Of a stretch of 64,000 bases of DNA, positions 61,595 to 64,000 are shown in pieces. Every line of letters begins with the position of its first letter. The stretch's first letter is position 1. Below the pieces are notes generated by a model, which searched no databases, was not told the DNA's origin, and saw only the letters and a program-made list of their open reading frames with translations. A program made the translations under genes and the position numbers. The DNA is from Candidatus Peribacteria bacterium (lineage in GTDB: Bacteria; Patescibacteriota; Gracilibacteria; UBA1369; 2-02-FULL-48-14), in the NCBI GenBank assembly GCA_943357175.1, contig CALRGE010000004.1, forward strand, positions 36,420 to 100,419, given 5' to 3'.

Positions 61595-63072
61595 TAAAAG
61601 TCTGCTTTTCATTTCAGAGAAATTTCACACGATTGCAACATGCGATGGCAGTGGAAATGAAAAATCGTGGAATTGCCTCGAAATTTTGTGGTTATTGCAC
61701 CTCACATAAATCTGAAAAAATCCTGAAAGAACAGGAAGAAATTGACTATGGAACTGTAATTTCTGATGATGAAATGCATGAAATGGCGAAGAAAGTAAAA
61801 CTGGATATGGAGTATTTAAAAACATTCGAAGCCGAATACGGTATTCCAAATCTATGGCCATATATTCTTACTGATCGCTGCATAATGAGAAATTTTCCGA
61901 AGGAAGCATTTTCATATAAGCCTGCTTACGATCATGATGGAATGCTTAGACTTATTCAGGTTATGTCTAAGACGATTATTAAAATGTTGGATAAGGAAAA
62001 ACCCGACGTGGTAATTTTCCCGCTCGTGGGTTCAATGGGAGTTCACTTACTTTATGAAATTGTAAAAAAAAGAGGCATTAAAACACTGTTTTTGCTGGCG
62101 GCTAGAATTGATGATCGAGTTTTGGTTTGTGACAATGCATACAACGATTTCACAAATATTTTGAAACATGCCAAGCCGACTGATGAAGATTTTAAGGAAG
62201 CCAGAAAGTTTTTGAAAAGATTTACCGGTGAAGAAGAAGTTCGTTACGACGGGATTTATGGCGCAAAAAAAGTTTCAAATCCTCTTGGATTTTTAGGTAA
62301 AGAAATTGTGGGCTATTACGACTATGTTACAAAATATTGGGCCATACAAAAATATTTGCGCAAAAATAAAATGGCCAAAGATTACACGCTTTTCACGCCA
62401 TACTATTTTACAAAAAATCGCCTTAAAAGATTTGCAAAAAGATTGATAGGCTATCGCGGACTTTTTGTTAAACCTGATTTTAAAGAGGATTACAGTTACT
62501 TCCCTCTTCATGTTGAGCCAGAGGTCGCAATTCAGGTTTGGGCCCCTTATTATGATAATCAAATCGAAATTTGCCGTACAATCGCAAAGGCATTGCCTGT
62601 CGGGCAGAAACTTTACGTGAAGGAACACCCGAACATGCTTTATGAAAGATCGAAATCTTATTATGAAAAATTACAGCGAATTCCAAATGTAAAATTAATT
62701 GATGCTTTTGTGGGCTCGCAAAAAATCGTTAGACATGCAAAAGCAGTTTTCACAATTACCGGAACTGCAGGAATGGAGGCATATTTTATGGGCAAGCCTG
62801 TGCTAACTTTTGGTTCAGTGATGTACAACGCGATTCCTTCAATTAAGAAAATCGGTAAGATTCACGACTTGCCAATGCAAGTTAAAGATATGCTTGAAAA
62901 TTACGAATTCGACCGAGAAGAAGCCGAGGAATTTGTTGCGAAATTATACAATTTAAGCGAGCCGGTAAGCTACGTAAAAATTTGGTTTGAATGGACCCTT
63001 GATGAAATCCGAGCAAGTAAAGATTTTAGAACCGTTATGAGACTTATTGAGGAAGGATTGCAGAAATTTTAG
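61591..63072 (+). CDS. Capsule_synth (KpsS/KpsC-like) glycosyltransferase-fold protein
   Basis: YSYFPLHVEPEVAIQ, LYVKEHPNM, VFTITGTAGMEAYFMGKPVLTFG match the KpsS/KpsC (beta-Kdo transferase) family pattern. Confidence 0.6.
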   Translation: MIKVCFSFQRNFTRLQHAMAVEMKNRGIASKFCGYCTSHKSEKILKEQEEIDYGTVISDDEMHEMAKKVKLDMEYLKTFEAEYGIPNLWPYILTDRCIMRNFPKEAFSYKPAYDHDGMLRLIQVMSKTIIKMLDKEKPDVVIFPLVGSMGVHLLYEIVKKRGIKTLFLLAARIDDRVLVCDNAYNDFTNILKHAKPTDEDFKEARKFLKRFTGEEEVRYDGIYGAKKVSNPLGFLGKEIVGYYDYVTKYWAIQKYLRKNKMAKDYTLFTPYYFTKNRLKRFAKRLIGYRGLFVKPDFKEDYSYFPLHVEPEVAIQVWAPYYDNQIEICRTIAKALPVGQKLYVKEHPNMLYERSKSYYEKLQRIPNVKLIDAFVGSQKIVRHAKAVFTITGTAGMEAYFMGKPVLTFGSVMYNAIPSIKKIGKIHDLPMQVKDMLENYEFDREEAEEFVAKLYNLSEPVSYVKIWFEWTLDEIRASKDFRTVMRLIEEGLQKF

Positions 63073-63082
63073 ATATGACCAG

Positions 63083-63769
63083 TTATTTCTTTACAGCTGT
63101 TAAATAATATCCACTCACCAAAATCGACTTTTCAACTTTCTCGTTTCGGATATCTCCATATTCTTTTGTTAAGAGAAATTTAAAGAGCAGTAGAATTTTA
63201 GCTTTAATATGCCAAATAACTTTTGGCCACTTCATACCGAGCGTTTCAGTTTGAAAACCTATTCGTTGTACTAAAATCGCAAGGGTTTCGATTGTTCCAG
63301 CCTCTTCTTCTATCATGATTTGGTCAAAATAAGGTTCGAGAAGTTTTTGAAGGCCATATTTTGTGAAACGGAAATAATCGTGGGGAGATTCGTGAATCGG
63401 ATAAACAAAACGAGTAGTCAAAATCAACTTGCCCCCAGGTCTTAAAACTCTTGCCATCTCTTCAATTCCTTTGAATGGATTGTATAGATGTTCCAACATT
63501 TCAGTGCATAAAATTATTTCGAATTCGCCGTCTTTGAGCATGTGCATGTTGTGAGCATCAGCAACAATGTCTGGTTTTGCAGCCTCATCAATATCAACTG
63601 TGAGCGCATTTGGGAATAGTGCGCGATAAGGGCCTCGGCTGGAACCGAGATCAAGGATTTTCTTGTCAGTTTTATGTTTTTGCAGAAAAATTCCTAGTTT
63701 TTTGCGAGTGATTTTTGAGGTAAGTAAATTTGAGATTGAATCTAGCATCTGTGGGAATATACATAACAT
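63083..63769 (-). CDS. class I SAM-dependent methyltransferase
   Basis: [33 protein letters not shown]. Start at Met22 (63769) or Met29 (63748), because the tracked start would overlap metK. Confidence 0.7.
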   Translation of the reverse strand: MLCIFPQMLDSISNLLTSKITRKKLGIFLQKHKTDKKILDLGSSRGPYRALFPNALTVDIDEAAKPDIVADAHNMHMLKDGEFEIILCTEMLEHLYNPFKGIEEMARVLRPGGKLILTTRFVYPIHESPHDYFRFTKYGLQKLLEPYFDQIMIEEEAGTIETLAILVQRIGFQTETLGMKWPKVIWHIKAKILLLFKFLLTKEYGDIRNEKVEKSILVSGYYLTAVKK

Positions 63770-63820
63770 TGCCCCCTCATTGCAATTCCTATATGCTGTG
63801 CGAGATTTTTTACAAAACTT

Positions 63821-64000
63821 ATGAGCACCCACCTATTTACTTCCGAATCTGTTACGGAAGGGCATCCTGATAAAGTTGCCGATCAAATTTCAGATGCGGT
63901 TTTAGATGCCATTTTTAAGGACGATCCAAATGGTCGTGTTGCCTGTGAAACGCTTGTAACAACCGGATTGGTTGTGGTTGCAGGTGAAATCACAACCACT
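63821..64000 (+). CDS. metK: S-adenosylmethionine synthetase, N-terminal 60 aa (continues beyond window)
   Basis: Not in the ORF track. ATG at 63821 translates to [59 protein letters not shown], the canonical MetK N-terminus. Confidence 0.9.
   Translation, partial: MSTHLFTSESVTEGHPDKVADQISDAVLDAIFKDDPNGRVACETLVTTGLVVVAGEITTT

Noticed and set aside
1-64000. CRISPR arrays, rRNA genes, tRNA genes, IS elements, integrases.
   Set aside because: I noticed no short direct repeats at regular spacing. The gaps longer than 100 nt (22532-22724, 35993-36142, 47383-47595, 54010-54113) lack tRNA-like T-loop/acceptor features. No transposase- or integrase-like translation appears in the ORF track. This was a visual scan only, not tRNAscan or Infernal.

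Overview
AT-rich, very gene-dense bacterial segment with 65 supportable protein genes. Many are joined by 4-nt ATGA-type overlaps, and convergent genes often overlap at their 3' ends. I recognised no rRNA, tRNA, CRISPR array, transposase or integrase. All functional calls come from reading motifs in the supplied translations and the DNA; no database search was run.

nt 1-16.9 kb holds housekeeping and envelope genes. These are the 3' part of alaS, a lipoprotein, lspA, a Bro-N/DinD-like gene, aroE, pgeF, a DUF1385 protein, and a long minus-strand operon: orphan 1,599-aa repeat protein -> ftsW -> murG -> GT4 -> PH-domain membrane protein -> LemA -> miaB.

nt 16.9-63.8 kb is a glycan-biosynthesis supercluster containing:
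- seven GT4 glycosyltransferases, one fused to a CE4 deacetylase;
- a GtrA / polyprenyl-phosphate GT2 / GT-C (ArnT/PMT-like) set coupled to gmd, a ColD-like dehydratase (His in place of the PLP lysine), an SDR and an aminotransferase;
- a UDP-glucuronate branch (ugd, UDP-xylose synthase, UDP-GlcA 4-epimerase-like) with a TrmB-type regulator;
- a CDP-paratose-2-epimerase-like SDR;
- two divergent operons for a pseudaminic-acid-like nonulosonic acid (pseB, pseC, NeuB-family synthase, PseH-like GNAT, SpsF-type cytidylyltransferase, PIG-L deacetylase, Fmt-like protein, ATP-grasp, HAD);
- a Wzx flippase, a Capsule_synth (KpsS/KpsC-like) protein, six SAM methyltransferases and the start of metK;
- a hicA/RHH toxin-antitoxin pair that interrupts the cluster.

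Most unusual observations:
1. The orphan giant protein at the head of the ftsW-murG operon, with seven ~130-aa tandem repeats.
2. Three adjacent genes (44959-49152) encoding four copies of an unrecognised ~250-aa module.
3. Two families of recurring intergenic hairpin motifs.
4. Leaderless-type promoter geometry at operon heads.

The compact AlaRS, lack of Shine-Dalgarno sequences and gene packing fit a small-genome uncultivated lineage such as Patescibacteria/CPR. That placement is inference only.
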